A stretch of DNA of 64,000 bases from Acanthaster planci (lineage: Eukaryota), in NCBI RefSeq assembly GCF_001949145.1, contig NW_019091359.1:1686540-1750539 (forward strand), read 5' to 3'. Every line of letters begins with the position of its first letter. Within the stretch, counting starts at the first letter, position 1. The notes beneath the pieces were generated by a model. It worked only from the letters and a program-made list of their open reading frames with translations. It had not been told where the DNA came from and searched no databases. Shown piece after piece: positions 1-13,400 of the stretch. Both the position numbers and the translations under genes were made by a program.

Positions 1-42
1 GCGTCCACTGGTGGTCTGGATATGACTTGGCACCGTGAAATG

Positions 43-2932
43 TATGGTGTACTATTTACGACAAACATTTCTCTCTCTCTCTCTCTAGCTCTCTTTAGAC
101 TCCCTCCAGGCGACGCAACCACACGACGCGGCGGCACGACGACTCCCTTGCGTCGTGCCGTCGGGTCGCACCGTCGCCTTCCTTCTTGCCATTACTTTTG
201 TACACACACGACGCGATGCTCGACACGACACACGACACACGACGCGTCGGGTACTATCGCCCCCTTTGCTTCTTGGCATTAATAGAGGGCGCCTTTACTG
301 TTTCATTCAATTCCGTCCCCCGTACTTGCATAGTACGGTACAGTCCACTAATTCAAGCCCCATTGAAAACACTGTAAAAATCGGCACTGTTCAGGGCCCA
401 ATAACATGCAGTCTAACATCCTTGAGATTGCTGAAAGACAAATAAAATTATTGTCTGGTCCCTAATCTTTCGATTTCTTTCCAATTTTTTTGTGGGTTAA
501 CCAATTACATTTTTAATTATTCCCACAAAACAAACTAACCCCCGAAAAGTGATTTTTCAGAAGTCTGATTGCAGCCATTTTTCAAGTGGCAACCCTCAAC
601 CTTCTTGGGCACTTAGGACCATTTTTCAGTTGTAGTTTTTAGCCATGCTGCTCTCATAGCATAGCTCAAAGACCAAGGCAGTTGATCCTGGCAACGATTT
701 ACACAATCTCACCATTTCGGGGGCCAAACAATCTCCTCTTTTTCAGAAAAATGCTGGGCTGCTACTTTTAATGCTAATGAGCTGAGCAGAAATTCTTACT
801 TGAATAGTGGATTGCATGCACCCAGTACATGGTATTTGCTCTTTGTCCGCTGCCACCATATGGGCATGCAGAGCCTTGAACTGACATCTTTTGAAGTATT
901 GTCCAATCGTATAGTATAGATGGTAGAAGAACTAACGCAGCATCATGCCCAAAATTACCTAGCAACATACTTGTACACGGAAAAAGCTGCCAGATCGAGG
1001 CTCTGCATGCCTGTGGCGGTAGCGTACAAAGAGCAAATAGGTCTTGTTTCTGTTGCTACTTTCTAACTTTGTGTTTTCATTAAGAGTGAGTTGTTGAAGA
1101 AAAGGTTTGTTTTTTTAATCAAATGTAATTAGAAAGGGCGTCACGAGCAACTATCAGCCTTGTCTCCAGGAAATAAATAACATGAGCCACAAAGTTGTTT
1201 TAATTTTTCCTGCTCTAATTTTGATCTTCCTAATAATTATGTAATAGAATTAATTTTGCTCCCCCACTTTTTGAAATCCTAACTCCCCCAGAATTAGGTC
1301 ATACAATTTGTGTGGGTTGCTTGACAGTGCGTGTGGGCAGTTGGTAGCAGAACTTGCAACCAGCCACAAGAGTCCTTGAGAAGGAGCTGATAACTTCCCT
1401 AGCCAGTGACCTTCCACCTCACTTGGCTACTGGACTGAACAGAGACTGTTCTGTTGTCTCTCTGTGATTTCTCCTTCCATTGAACCTGCCATACTTACAA
1501 ATTCGTCCCTGTCCTGCTCTAGGCAAAAACATTACCAGTATAAGCCTATTCTATTCTATTGAACCACACATGCATACGCTGCTGGACAGTGGGTGGCCTG
1601 GACCAGAGCCACATGAATTCCGTTTCGAAACCTGATTTAGACGAGGGGAAGGAAAGACTGTGCATTTGAACTCTAAACATCATAGCCCAATACATCTTCG
1701 CCATCCATTCGAGCTCTTTTTACTGCAAGCCTGTCTACAGCAAGCTCTACAGCTACTTGCCAAGTCAAGACAAGCCAAGTCGTCCCCAACTTCAGCAATA
1801 GATCGTCTTCAAGCTAGGCCCTTTATTTATTTTCATTGCTAATTCATAATGTTTTCTGTTAAATAGAATCCCTGTTTTTCATTATTAAAAAGATGCTTTC
1901 TCAGAGTCTAACGTGAGGATATTTGTATTTTCGTAAACCGTGCAAAAACTTGGCACTATATCAGCAGGAAACGAATTAATTCTCACTGGTTTGCTGATAA
2001 GAAAAAGGCGTAAACTAGTAAACAAATAAATAATGTAAGCAGGTGTCATGGTTCTCATATTATGTCCGCTACAATATTTCTAAATCCATTCTCAGATACA
2101 ATACATCAATCATTATAACGTGCTTGCTAATGTAACATGCGGATTTGAGGAGAAATCGTGTGTGTGTGGCCAAACAGAGTTGAAGAAAAGACACGGCCAC
2201 GATGATAATAGCGCCTGTATAATGTTTTATTCAGAAATACAGTGTGGTGCTGATGAAGGTAACGAGGAAGACTGACCTGAAGGAAGACTAAGATGAATAT
2301 TCTGAGGGGCATTGTAGAGCAGGTTCGGTGGTAACTTCCTAAACCCCTGGTCAAACTTGCGGCCGTACAATTGTAGACAAATTGTCTGGAGAATTGGGAG
2401 TACTTATACTTAGAAATTACCGGGATGGACCACGGAGAAATACCGGTATCTATAAGACTACAAATCTACCACAAACGGGACCAGAACTGCGTCGACGGTA
2501 TTAAAAAGAAATCATTGGCTGGGTTTAATTAAAGAGTGCCGAATTCTTGGCTTCCATTATTATGAGAGAGCAGTTCCTTCATATGCCGATTGTCTTTTTG
2601 CTCTTTTTCTTACTAAAATATGCAATCTTGCAATCTTGGTGTCATCGGAAGGAGCATATTTTCATATAAGTTTCATATCCATATTTCCAGTACTTAGGGA
2701 AATATCTGCAAAAGAAAGTGCGAGTTCTTGTCTGACGTCGTGTCGTGCATCGTGTCGCCTGAAGCACGACGGGACGCACGACGGGACGCACGACGTGACA
2801 CGTCGTGTGTGTACAAACGAAATGGCAAGAAGGCGATGGCACGACGCAAGGGAGCCGTCGTGCCGTCTGGTTGCGTTGCCTAGAGGGAGGCAAGAGAGAG
2901 AGAGAAATGTTTGTCGTAAATAGTACACCATA
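43..2932. mobile_element. Non-autonomous TIR DNA transposon (~2.89 kb), copy 1; 6-bp TSD GAAATG; termini TATGGTGTAC...GTACACCATA (IS3EU-like signature)
   Basis: The left end TATGGTGTACTATTTACGACAAACATTTCTCTCTCTCT (from 43) is the reverse complement of the right end (to 2932). Imperfect inverted similarity rich in CACGAC/GTCGTG motifs extends ~200 bp inward. GAAATG flanks both sides (37-42 and 2933-2938). No long internal ORF. The superfamily label rests on my recollection that TAY..RTA termini with a 6-bp TSD define IS3EU. Confidence 0.85.
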
Positions 2933-3189
2933 GAAATGTGCACAAGCTTAGAACACNGGCCTTACCAGTTGTGAGATATTACACAATTTACCCCTGGAAG
3001 AGAAATGATATCAACTAACTACTTGAGGCCACAGAGTCCCACAGCTAGCCCTACTGGTGTGGCACGGACTCTCAGTACGGTGAGAGTCCGTGTCACACCC
3101 ACTGGGGCTAATCCCATGGTCCCAATTGCCAGACACTGCATGAGAGTTTCAGTGAGACAGGTTTCGTCTGCCCGTCCGCAGAATCGTAC

Positions 3190-3307
3190 CATAATCTGGC
3201 TCCGGATGGACCGTTTTGATCCTCAGGTACTCCCTGAAGTTCGAAACGGCCTGGTCCTCCGTTTTGGCTTTCTTTGCATTTTCTTGCGGGGCTGGAGTTG
3301 GCGACAT
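3190..3307 (-). CDS. ACY1: Aminoacylase-1 (M20 family), first coding exon; the rest of the gene lies left of the window
   Basis: ATG at 3307 gives MSPTPAPQENAKKAKTEDQAVSNFREYLRIKTVHPEPDY(G), followed by donor G|GTACG after 3190. This matches the recognisable ACY1 N-terminus (FRQYLRIRTVQPKPDYG in human). ABHD14 is also an ACY1 neighbour in vertebrates. Confidence 0.85.
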
Positions 3308-3367
3308 TGTGCTGGGGACTTGCCGCGTCCACTGGTGGTCTGGATCGACGACGTGCACCGTGAAATG

Positions 3368-6264
3368 TATGGTGTACTATTTACGACAAACATTTCTCTC
3401 TCTCTAGCTCTCTTTAGACTCCCTCCAGGCGACGCAACCACACGACGCGGCGGCACGACGACTCCCTTGCGTCGTGCTGTCGGGTCGCACCGTCGCCTTC
3501 CTTCTTGCCATTACTTTTGTACACACACGACGCGTTGCGTCGTGCACGACGCGATGCTCGACACGACACACGACGCGACGCGTCGCGGGTACTATCGCCC
3601 CCTTTGCTTCTTGGCATTTATAGAGGGCGCCTTTACTGTTTCATTCAATTCCGTCCCCCGTACTTGCATAGTAGGGTACAGTCCACTAATTCAAGCCCCA
3701 TTGAAAACAGTGTAAAATCGGCACTGTTCAGGGCCCAATAGCATGCACGCCAACATCCCTGAGATTTCAGAAACACAAATGAAGTTATTGTCTAGTCCCT
3801 AATCTTTCGATTTCTTTCCAATTTTTGTGGGTTAACCAATTACATTTTTAATTATTCCCACAAAACAAACTAACCCCCGAAAGGTGATTTTCCAGAAGTC
3901 TGATTGCAGCCATTTTTCAAGTGGCAACCCTCAACCTTTTCGGGCACTTAGGACCATTTTTCAGGTGTAGTTTTTAACCATTCTGCTCTCATGGGATAGC
4001 TGAAAGACCCAGGCAGTTGATCCTGGCAACGATTTACACAATCTCACCATTTCGGGGGCCAAACAATCTCCCTTTTTTCAGAAAAATGCTGGGCTGCTAT
4101 TTTTAATGCTAATGAGCTGAGCAGAAATTCTCACTTGAATAGTGGATTGCATGGCACCCAGGACATGGTATTCGCTCTTTGTACGCTGCCGCCATGGGCA
4201 TGCAGAGCCTTGAACTGACAGCTTTTGAAATATTGTCCAATCGTAGAGTATAGATGGTAGAAGAATTAACGCAGCATCATGCCAAAAATTACTAAGCAAA
4301 ATACATGGAAAAAGATGCCAGATCGAGGCTCTGGAATGCCTATGGTGGTAGCATACAAAGAGAGAATAGGTAACAGGCCTTGTTTCTGCCATTGTTCTTT
4401 TTCATGGTTACTTTCTAACTTTGTGTTTTCATTAAGGGTGAGTTGCTGAAGAAAAGGTTTGTTTGTTGGTTGGTTTGTTTTTTTAATCAAATGTAGTTAG
4501 AAAGAGCGTCACGACCAACTATCAGCCTTGTCTCCAGGAAATAAATAACATAAGCCACAACGTTGTTTTAACTTTTCCTGCTCTAATTTTGATCTTCCTA
4601 ATAATTATGTAATGGAATTGATTTTGCTCCCCCACTTTTTGAAATCCTAACTCCCCCAGAATTAGGTGTGGGTTGCTTGGCAGTGCGTGTGGGCAGTTGG
4701 TAGCAGAACTTGCAACCAGCCACAAGAGTCCTTGAGAAGGAGCTGATAACTTCCCTAGCTAGTGACCTTCCACTTCACTTGGCTACTGGACTGAACAGAG
4801 ACTGTTCTGTTGTCTCTCTGTGATTTCTCCTTCCATCGAACCTGCCATACTTACAAATTCGTCCCTGTCCTGTTCTAGGCAAAACATTACCAGTGTAAGC
4901 CTATTGAACTACACATGCATACGTTGCTGGACAGTGGGTGGCCTGGACCAGAGCCACATGAATTCCGTTTCGAAACCTGATTTAGTCGAGGGGAAGGAAA
5001 GATTGTGCACTTGAACCCTAAACATGATATAGCCCAACCCATCTTCGCCATCCATTCAAGCTCTTTTTACTGCAAGCCTTTCTTCTGCAAACTCTACAGC
5101 TACTTGCCAAGTCAAGACAAGCCAAGTCAAGTCGTCCCCAACTTCAGCAATAGATCGCCTTCAAGCTAGGCCCTTTATTTATTTTCATTGCTAATTCATA
5201 ATGTTTTCTGTTAAATAGAATCCCTAGCTGTTTTTCATTATTAAAAAGATGCTTTCTCAGAGTCTAACGTCAGGATATTTGTATTTTCGTAAACCGTGCA
5301 AAAACTTGGAAACGAATTAATTCTCACTGGTTAGCTGATAATAAAAAGGCGTAAACAAGTAAACAAATAAATAATGTAAGCAGGTGTCATGGTTCTCATA
5401 TTATGTCCGCTACAATATTTTTAAATCCATTCCCAGGTACAATACATCAATCATTATAACGTGCTTGCTAATGTAACATGCAGATTTAAGGAGAAATCAT
5501 GTGTGTGGCCAAACAGAGTTGAAGAAAAGACACAGCCACAATGACAATAGCGTTTGTATAATGTTTTATTCAGAAATACAGTGTGGTGCTGATGAAGGTA
5601 ACGAGGAAGACTGACCTGAAGGAAGACTACGACGGAATATTCTGAGGGTATTATAGAGCAGGCTCGGTGGTAACTTCCTAAACACGTGGTCAAACTTGCG
5701 GTCAAACAATTGTAGTCAAATTGGGGAATTGGGAGTACTACTTAGAAATTACCGGGATGGACCACGGAGAAATACCGGTATCTATAAGATTACAAATCTA
5801 CCACAAATGGGAACTGCATCGACGGTATTAAAAAGAAATCATTGGCTGGGTTTAATTAAAGAGTGCCGAATTCTGGGCTTCCATTATTATGAGAGAGCAG
5901 TTCCTTCATATGCTGATTGTCTTTTTGCTCTTTTTCTTTCTAAAATATGCAATCTTGCAATCTTGGTGTCATCGGAAGGAGCATATTTTCCTTCATCTAT
6001 TCATATAAGTTTCATATCCATATTTCCAGTACTTAGGGAAATATCTGCAAAAGGAAATGCGAGTTCTTGTCTGACGTCGTGTTGTGCATTGCGTCGCCTG
6101 AAGCACGACGGGACGCACGACGCAACGTGTCGTGTGTGTACAAACGAAATGGCAAGAAGGCGACGGCACGACGCAAGGGAGCCGTCGTGCCGTCTGGTTA
6201 CGTTGCGTGGCCTGGAGGGAGGCAAGAGAGAGAGAGAAATGTTTGTCGTAAATAGTACACCATA
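3368..6264. mobile_element. Non-autonomous TIR DNA transposon (~2.90 kb), copy 2, with the same insertion site and TSD as copy 1
   Basis: Same TIRs; TSD GAAATG at 3362-3367 and 6265-6270; colinear with 43-2932 apart from scattered substitutions and small indels; matching flanks (caccgt on the left, tgcacaagcttagaa on the right). Confidence 0.85.
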
Positions 6265-8578
6265 GAAATGTGCACAAGCTTAGAAGGCCAAGGGGCCGGG
6301 ATCGGCTCTTAGCCAGCCGTAGCCACACGGACTTCGTATCCACGGCTTAAACACAAGCTGCATCCTCACCTGTTGTCAACAGCTATGTCAAGGTCTTTGC
6401 TCCGTTGGAAATACGCAGAGAATCGCTAACCATTGCCCTAGCCGTAGCTCGAAAACAAAAGCCCGTTTTGGACACAGCCATTGATCACCCTGGGCAGTTT
6501 TCAAAACTCGGCCTCACCACCGTACCAGTTTGGCCTATTCACCTTCCGACTGGAGTTGACCAAACTAGAATCCTTTTTGCAACAAAAGGATTTGATATCG
6601 ATGGAAAAAATGAAATGGATTTTGTATAGTTGGAATGTGGTGTTTTTTTAAGCAGTTTTGGTGTACAGGACAAAGCCCAAGACAGAGAGTCTGTGAAACA
6701 ATGCCAAAATTCAGAAAAGTGGAATGGCTTACCTCGCGCGTAAGCGATATAAGCATGGTGTACTTCGCCATTTTACACGGTGACTTTTCATAATGTAGCC
6801 TAGGTGCCAGTTCCACATGTCAACACGCAGCTGTGATTAGTGTGAAGTAGTGTGACGTGGATGGGTTTTCCTAATTTTTGGTCAGAGACGGCAGATACCT
6901 TCTCCACCAAATTGTTAGGTAAACAGTTATTATCAAGGAATGAACTAGCTAAGGTTGGTTTTATTTACGCAGATTTGGGAAAGGTACATGCGTTTACGCA
7001 TCAATCAGCCAGTGTGGAGAGTAATCATGGTAGCCGGCCTACCGCCGCGCGCTGGCATCGTCTATCGTTCAACAAGTAAATGGTGGCCAGATGAGGAACT
7101 CTTGCCATAGGTTTTTATGATAAAAATGCAAAAGTGTGCACGAGCTCATTCAGGAAACCTCAATGTTGCATGATTTGCTTGGATTTCAGCTCCAAACTCG
7201 GCCAGACTTTCAGATATTTTGCCATTTTTCATGTACATTGCACCTTTTTGCTTTCTGCTTTATTGATTTTCATGTCAGTTGAGGCCAGTGAACAGTTCTT
7301 TCTCAAAAGAAATTAAAATCAACTTGATGAGCAAACACAGAGCTCACAGTTTGACCAGAAAACCTTCATGTATGAAGGCGTGCCTTCTTAAAATGGCCTC
7401 ATGGCATGAGTGCTTCCATGACATACACGTAGGGTAGGCAGTGCCATGGAAAATATGAAACATGCAGTTTTCACTCAAATTAACAAAACATACGTCAAAA
7501 TTGGACTGTTAAAAAAAACTGCATCTATCACCCAGCTCGGTCAAATGCGATTGAATTAAACAGTTCATCTCTCATGCATTCATAACGTTTTTTCCCAGGC
7601 TACAGCCAGGCTACATTGTACATACGGTATGACTCACCCTGAAGGCCAAACAAACTGTGTGCTTCTGGTTGCCTGGCCAAACCTTGAAAATCAAGTCAAA
7701 CCTACATCTTCATATGAAAGAGAATCCCCCCCCAAAAAAAAAATCTTAATGTACGTGTAAATTTTTCCATTATCCAGTCACTACATCATTATATCTTTTT
7801 TTGGTATTGAAGCATTAAAGTAACCTCACATAACGGTGTAATCACCTGTCAAAGTAATTCATGAGTGCTGCTCTGGCCCCTTTAAGAGGCTTCAGATTAT
7901 GTTGGTGCAGGTCCAAATCAGCAGTTAGTTACAAGGGATTTTATCCTGCCCCCAAAGGTCACAAAACCATCTTTTATTGTTTTAGTTGTATTTTTAGCTT
8001 TGGGGAATTTTTTTACAATAAATTCCACAACTAATCTAACATTACCTGTAGGTTGCTACTTGTAAGTCTGAATTCCATCATGGAAATGCATGTACACTAT
8101 TCACGCTGATGGCAACATGTAAGCACTGAATGAAAGATTTTACACAGTAAACTTTCTTCTCCCAGATCATAAACAGGGAATAAACAGTTACTGTGTTGGT
8201 ACAAAACCAAAAACATACACGACCTGTTCACCATCAAATGTCCACTACTTTGTTTTTATCAATTTGGTGACCTTGGTTTTGAACTTATCGGTGCCTCATC
8301 TAGCTAATTTGCTTCCTGTCCTGAGGACAGGAAAATTAACAAACCATACGTCAAACGTGGGGTTTTTTGGATCATATAGTGTATGTGTACATTTAAGAGG
8401 AAAACACAGCTATGTAGAAAATGTAACTCGGCATACTTAATTTGGGAATTTGAAAGGCAGAAATGTTTCAATTTTTGAATTCATTTTTGCTGATTGGAAA
8501 TGTTTGCAGGTGTTCACATTTTAAACAACAAATCACTCCTCTGTGAGCCTTCCAGTTCCTACTAGTAAGTATGAATAC

Positions 8579-8712
8579 GTAGGGGTCACACACAATCCGG
8601 GTTGGCAAGATGTAGGGGTCACACACAATCCGGGTTGGCAAGATGTAGGGGTCACACACAATCCGGGTTGGCAAGATGTAGGGGTCACACACAATCCGGG
8701 TTGGCAAGATGT
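8579..8712 (+). repeat. Minisatellite, 4 identical copies of the 33-bp unit GTAGGGGTCACACACAATCCGGGTTGGCAAGAT
   Basis: Exact head-to-tail copies start at 8579, 8612, 8645 and 8678, with no spacers. Confidence 0.95.
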
Positions 8713-10416
8713 TTTGTTCAATTCAATCCACTTGGTTTGATTTAAATCAGCTTTTTGGATTTAGTAAGTAAATTTGATGTGAAAGATTCATCATCGTGAT
8801 TTAATTTGATTTCATTTGAATTGCCCACTTCAGAGTTTGACATGGTAAAGTATCAGTGTACAGCGTACGTCTACCTTTTATATACAGGTGTAAGTGTGTT
8901 TAGTGAGATTAGAAACATTAATCATTATGCAGTGTAACAAAAACCACTAACTACCCCCTTAATAAATACCCTTAATAAAGTGTTTTTAATCAAAACATAA
9001 TGCAAGTCATTGCTCTGTTGAGCTGAATCACAAATAAAACGAGACCACAAATAAAACAGTGTCTCCTGACGACGGACAGAGCACACTGTCCGAAACGTTG
9101 AGCCTCTCCGGTTCTTATCAGAACCACACAGACTCAAAAAGAGATATTGCATGGTGCTTACCGCAAGCTTTCCATCTTAAAACGAGACCACTTTTTGCAC
9201 ACAGAGCAAGGTAAAATGCCAGCATTTTGCACCTACACGTACATACAGCATGTAAAATAAATACATGTACATGTTGGTCATGGCATGTTTCTCAGTCATT
9301 AGTCATTCGATGCATGTATAAGTACCCTGTTAACAAATTGTTGTGAATTCTAGTTTTTGTCAAAACATGGAGTTCGGTTTAAAACCTGGTACGCATTTAT
9401 CCTTGGTACATGTACATGTATTTGTCTCTGAAGGCATGCATGCAAGGCTAAGACATGGTGGTTAATGAATTTAATCATTCAAATCATTCAAATCTATATT
9501 TGTTTAATTTTGTAACCAATCAAATAAATAAAAGAAAGCGAGCACACACGCAGCTAATTTGCTTGCTTTTGAATAGACAGTTGAGTCAACTTGTTTTTAA
9601 TTTTTATAAAAATAAAAAATCTGATTTAAAGAAGAAAATTCTGATTGAAATTTTAAAAATCTGATTTTTTTATTTAAAAAAAATGAAGAAAATCAACAAC
9701 CCTGTGTTGTAAGCTCTTTAAAGTTGCGACTACATCACTGTCATTTTATAACATTGTCATTCATATTACAGTTTGAGGATCTAATAACGAAACTGAACAG
9801 ATGTATTGACTGTGTGCTTATGGTAACCCACCCTATACCTGGATTGTTTTGTTGCCATTTTTGTGACAGAAAACATTTTATTGCCATATTTGGCCAAGGA
9901 GAGAGTTCCATGTACGGATGACAGTAATTATTCCCAACAGTCTAAGTCGTTTAATTAGTAAATACTTAGAATTCTCAGACCAGTCTCCAGCGGCGTCCGT
10001 ACATGCAAATGGAACACTTTCTGTGGTCAAAAATCATTAACAGATGACCTCATGAAAAGACTTCCAGTTGTAAATTATGGTACATGTTACTAAATAATTT
10101 AACTGACTTTAGCCTCATTCAATGAAATATAACAATAGAATGCCAGTTTTAATATTAAAGCAAATGCATCTTAAATTGTGAAAAGTTCTCTCAATGAGCA
10201 TATAAACAAAGTAAGGCTGCTCTTGTCTTGTCCGAGACTTTGATATTTGTACAAGAAATTTTTCGGCTCAAAATTCATTCCAGTTCCCCTTTGATTCATC
10301 CTTTCTCACCAACTGTTGCCCCAAAGTTTAATTTGCTCTGTGCTTGTTTAAACAGAGATCGGCAATCTGCACTTTGTCCTCTTGGCAGCTAGAATCAGGC
10401 CGAGACACCCACCTGA

Positions 10417-13400
10417 ATGGCACAGGCCACCGTCTCTCCACGAGGTGTGATTGTCCTGTTGCTGATTGTCCTAGTGCTAGTCATCTTGTACAGGCTGTAT
10501 TCAGTGCCGGGCGACTCTACCGAGGACATCTTGCAGAAGGAGAAATTCATCCATAAGCTTCAGAAAGGTACGTGTACGTTACATTGTACAGTGTGGGCAA
10601 GCTCTTTTGTAGTGCTGTGAAATTCTATAGCATGCATTCATCATAGAGTAATATTCTGTCTGTCACCTTATAGTCCCGTCAGTGTCACCGTGTTTGAACT
10701 TTATTTTTATAACACATTGCCCTGGGAAGCCTTACTTATTGATCAGGACTGGTAGGGGGACGGGGGACAGGGAGGCAGGTCCCCCGCCCGGAGATACATT
10801 GCCTTTTTTATTTTGATTTAGAAAGCACCAACTTTTCAGAAATGATCCTAGCACTTTTTTGGGGGGTGTTGTTCTTTTGTGCACAGAAAAAGTTTGACAA
10901 TTGTGTCAGCAAAAAGTTTATGTTGTGTTCCCATTATCTCTGGAACCAAAACCTGGGCCACCGCAGGAATGGTCATAAATCGGAAAAAACTGGGTTTGCG
11001 GTCACCCCTGTGGTTAGTTTTGCATGACCAGTCTGTCATACGAATTACTCTTATTGGTTATTTCATATAACAGAACCTATTTTGTTATCACTTTCAAAAC
11101 TATTTTTACATGGAGTTGAGGGGCATATTTAGTGCACACAAACAAACGTGAAGGACATGCACATGTGAACGTCAGTACGGTTGTTATAATATGAGTAGGT
11201 TTGATTGTAGAGTCGTTGGGTCTTCTCGGCATGTCTGACTGGGAGGAGATCAAGAAAGAAGCCAAGGCCAGCAAGGTGTTAAAGGTCACTGACGGCAAGA
11301 TCGATGTCGGGGGAAAGGGCGCAGTCTTCAGACGAGAGGTTCGTAAACTGGCCCGCCCCCTACCCTTGGTTGACCTACGATCTTGTCTTGAAAATATTTT
11401 TCAAATCTCACAAAGTATTCCCCATTTGGCCAACAACTTGCGATTATATTTTTTAATTGACTAATCCTGCACCTTTCAAGATGGCTTCAGTCATCAAATA
11501 ACTGATTTTCTAATTTTATGGTAGGTTTAATTAACAACGAAAAAGAATTAAACAGTCTTTCTCAAAATCTTCAAAAACAGTCCATCTCAAAATCTTCAAA
11601 ATGGGCACTTCTTCATTGAAGCATCTTTACGGTGCACGCCGTCTGTTTCACCTGTCAACTGTATCAGCCCTTCTTTGCCTTCATCCTGCAAGGTTTGGGG
11701 GAAAAATTTGCTCATTGAATTTTTCTGATCGAAGACTAGTTTGCCAGGTTCATTTCACCCTCTGAGAGCCAGCCTTTATTTATAGCAATCGAAGATTAAT
11801 CTAAGAAAAAACTGTAACCAACCAATCAACATATTAGTTGATCAATCAAGCAACTAAACAGGCTTAGTTTCAGCCAAAAGATACTTTCTAAGTTTTGGGA
11901 GGTCACCCAGTTAGAATCTTCTGCCAAAGACTCTGTACCCCCCTCCCGTCTTGAGTTTGGCATTCATTTTATTTGGTTTCCTGGGGTCTGTTAGGTTGTC
12001 GACACGACGCTGGACATGCCCAAGGGTGTGTTCCTCCTGCTGCATGGCATGAGATTCAAGTCAGAAACCTGGCTGGATCTTGGAACTCTACACGTCATGG
12101 CTACTTACGGATATAGGATGGTGGCTGTGGATCTGCCAGGTAACGATAGAACTATTCCTGTCACATTTGAACCTACTGAACATTCCCCCGAGTTAGGTCT
12201 TCTGTTGTTAGGGCACAGGAAGTCTGTGCTGTAATGTTAACCAGATTGTCATGTATTTTTCATGGCAAGGTCTTTATGAGCTTGGGTAGATTTTTTTGTA
12301 ATGCCCTCCTCGGACTATGTTTCCCAACTCTGCCCCCGCGCTATTCATGAATACATGTATAGAGTTTATCATAGCACATAAGCCTGTTGTAATTGTGGTC
12401 TTTAATTAAACAAGTCCTTTCTCAAGACCTGATATAAGTAACAGGGTGAATACTTTTTCCAAAGATGAACTTTGCATCGGGGGATGTTAATATTTTAATC
12501 ACAGGTCTTGCCCTGACACCGACTTATATTCACAATACTGTATGCTCAGTGTTTGACCAAGTGTTTGTGAAAAAAGTCAAAGGCTTGCTCAGGGTGAACA
12601 CTGATTAAGGCCTGCTTTGAATAACTTGTGACTTGGCTTAAGACTGGGTGACTTGTGATGGACTTGCGATGGTTTGGCAGGAACTTGTGATGGACACAAC
12701 TTCAACACTAGCCCGGAAGCCCGTACGCCAAAATGACTGTTACCTCCACCCTAAGAGCCCATAGACACTGAGTTCCTCACAGTGTAGGAACCCGTAGTTG
12801 GAACTTACAGGTGTTTACTCAATAAGCACAGTATGCTCATGGAATAAATACCATGTTGTTGATATTGATTATATCCATACGATAAAATGCCACTCACCTG
12901 AAAGAGTCAGCTGGACATTCAAAAAGTGCTGTTTCTGTTGGCCGTGTGTAAGAAAGTTTACAATTCTGCATCGATACTCGTCAGAGACTCACTGATATAC
13001 AATTTGCTCCGATGCGTGTGTTTCTGAGTGTAAATATGGCTGGTTTTCACCTGAATGTGCACAAATTCCGTTGTCTTCAAATGCTGCGTGAGTAATGGCA
13101 TGTGGTTACGTTACTCAAGTGTCTCAAGGCAACCCCTGCCCCATTTTTGCCGCTGACGGAATAGGCAGTTCACAGAATTCGTTGTTGCTTTCCATTGTCA
13201 CGGTTCAGGGTATGGAAACACAGAAAAAATTGAAGGCCTGGACCACATTGCCCTCATGATGGAGGTTTTGAAGGGCATCAACATCAAAGAGCCCGCAGGG
13301 GTCATTATCGTCAGCCCCTCCATGAGTGGCTCCTACGCTCTACCATTGCTGATGGCACACCCCGAGAAGTTTTCCGGCTACGTGCCAGTGGCCCCCGTGG

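Larger units (their letters stand above)
1..6283 (+). repeat. Direct duplication with a ~3.3 kb period (1-2953 vs 3325-6283), joined at a single N; probably two uncollapsed haplotypes
   Basis: Position 1 (gcgtccactggtggtctggat) recurs at 3325. Homology ends at cacaagcttagaa, just before the N at 2957. Confidence 0.8.

Noticed and set aside
3005..3715. 236-aa plus-strand ORF, and other ORFs over the transposon TIRs (e.g. 5696-6265)
   Set aside because: It runs antisense to the ACY1 exon and through GC-rich TIR motifs. It has no transposase or other recognisable motif, and the frame is not preserved between the two copies.
8579..8712. 33-bp repeats resembling a CRISPR array, or ORFs with VGVTHNPGWQD repeats
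   Set aside because: The copies are head-to-tail with no spacers in a eukaryotic non-coding region. It is a minisatellite and the ORFs are by-products.
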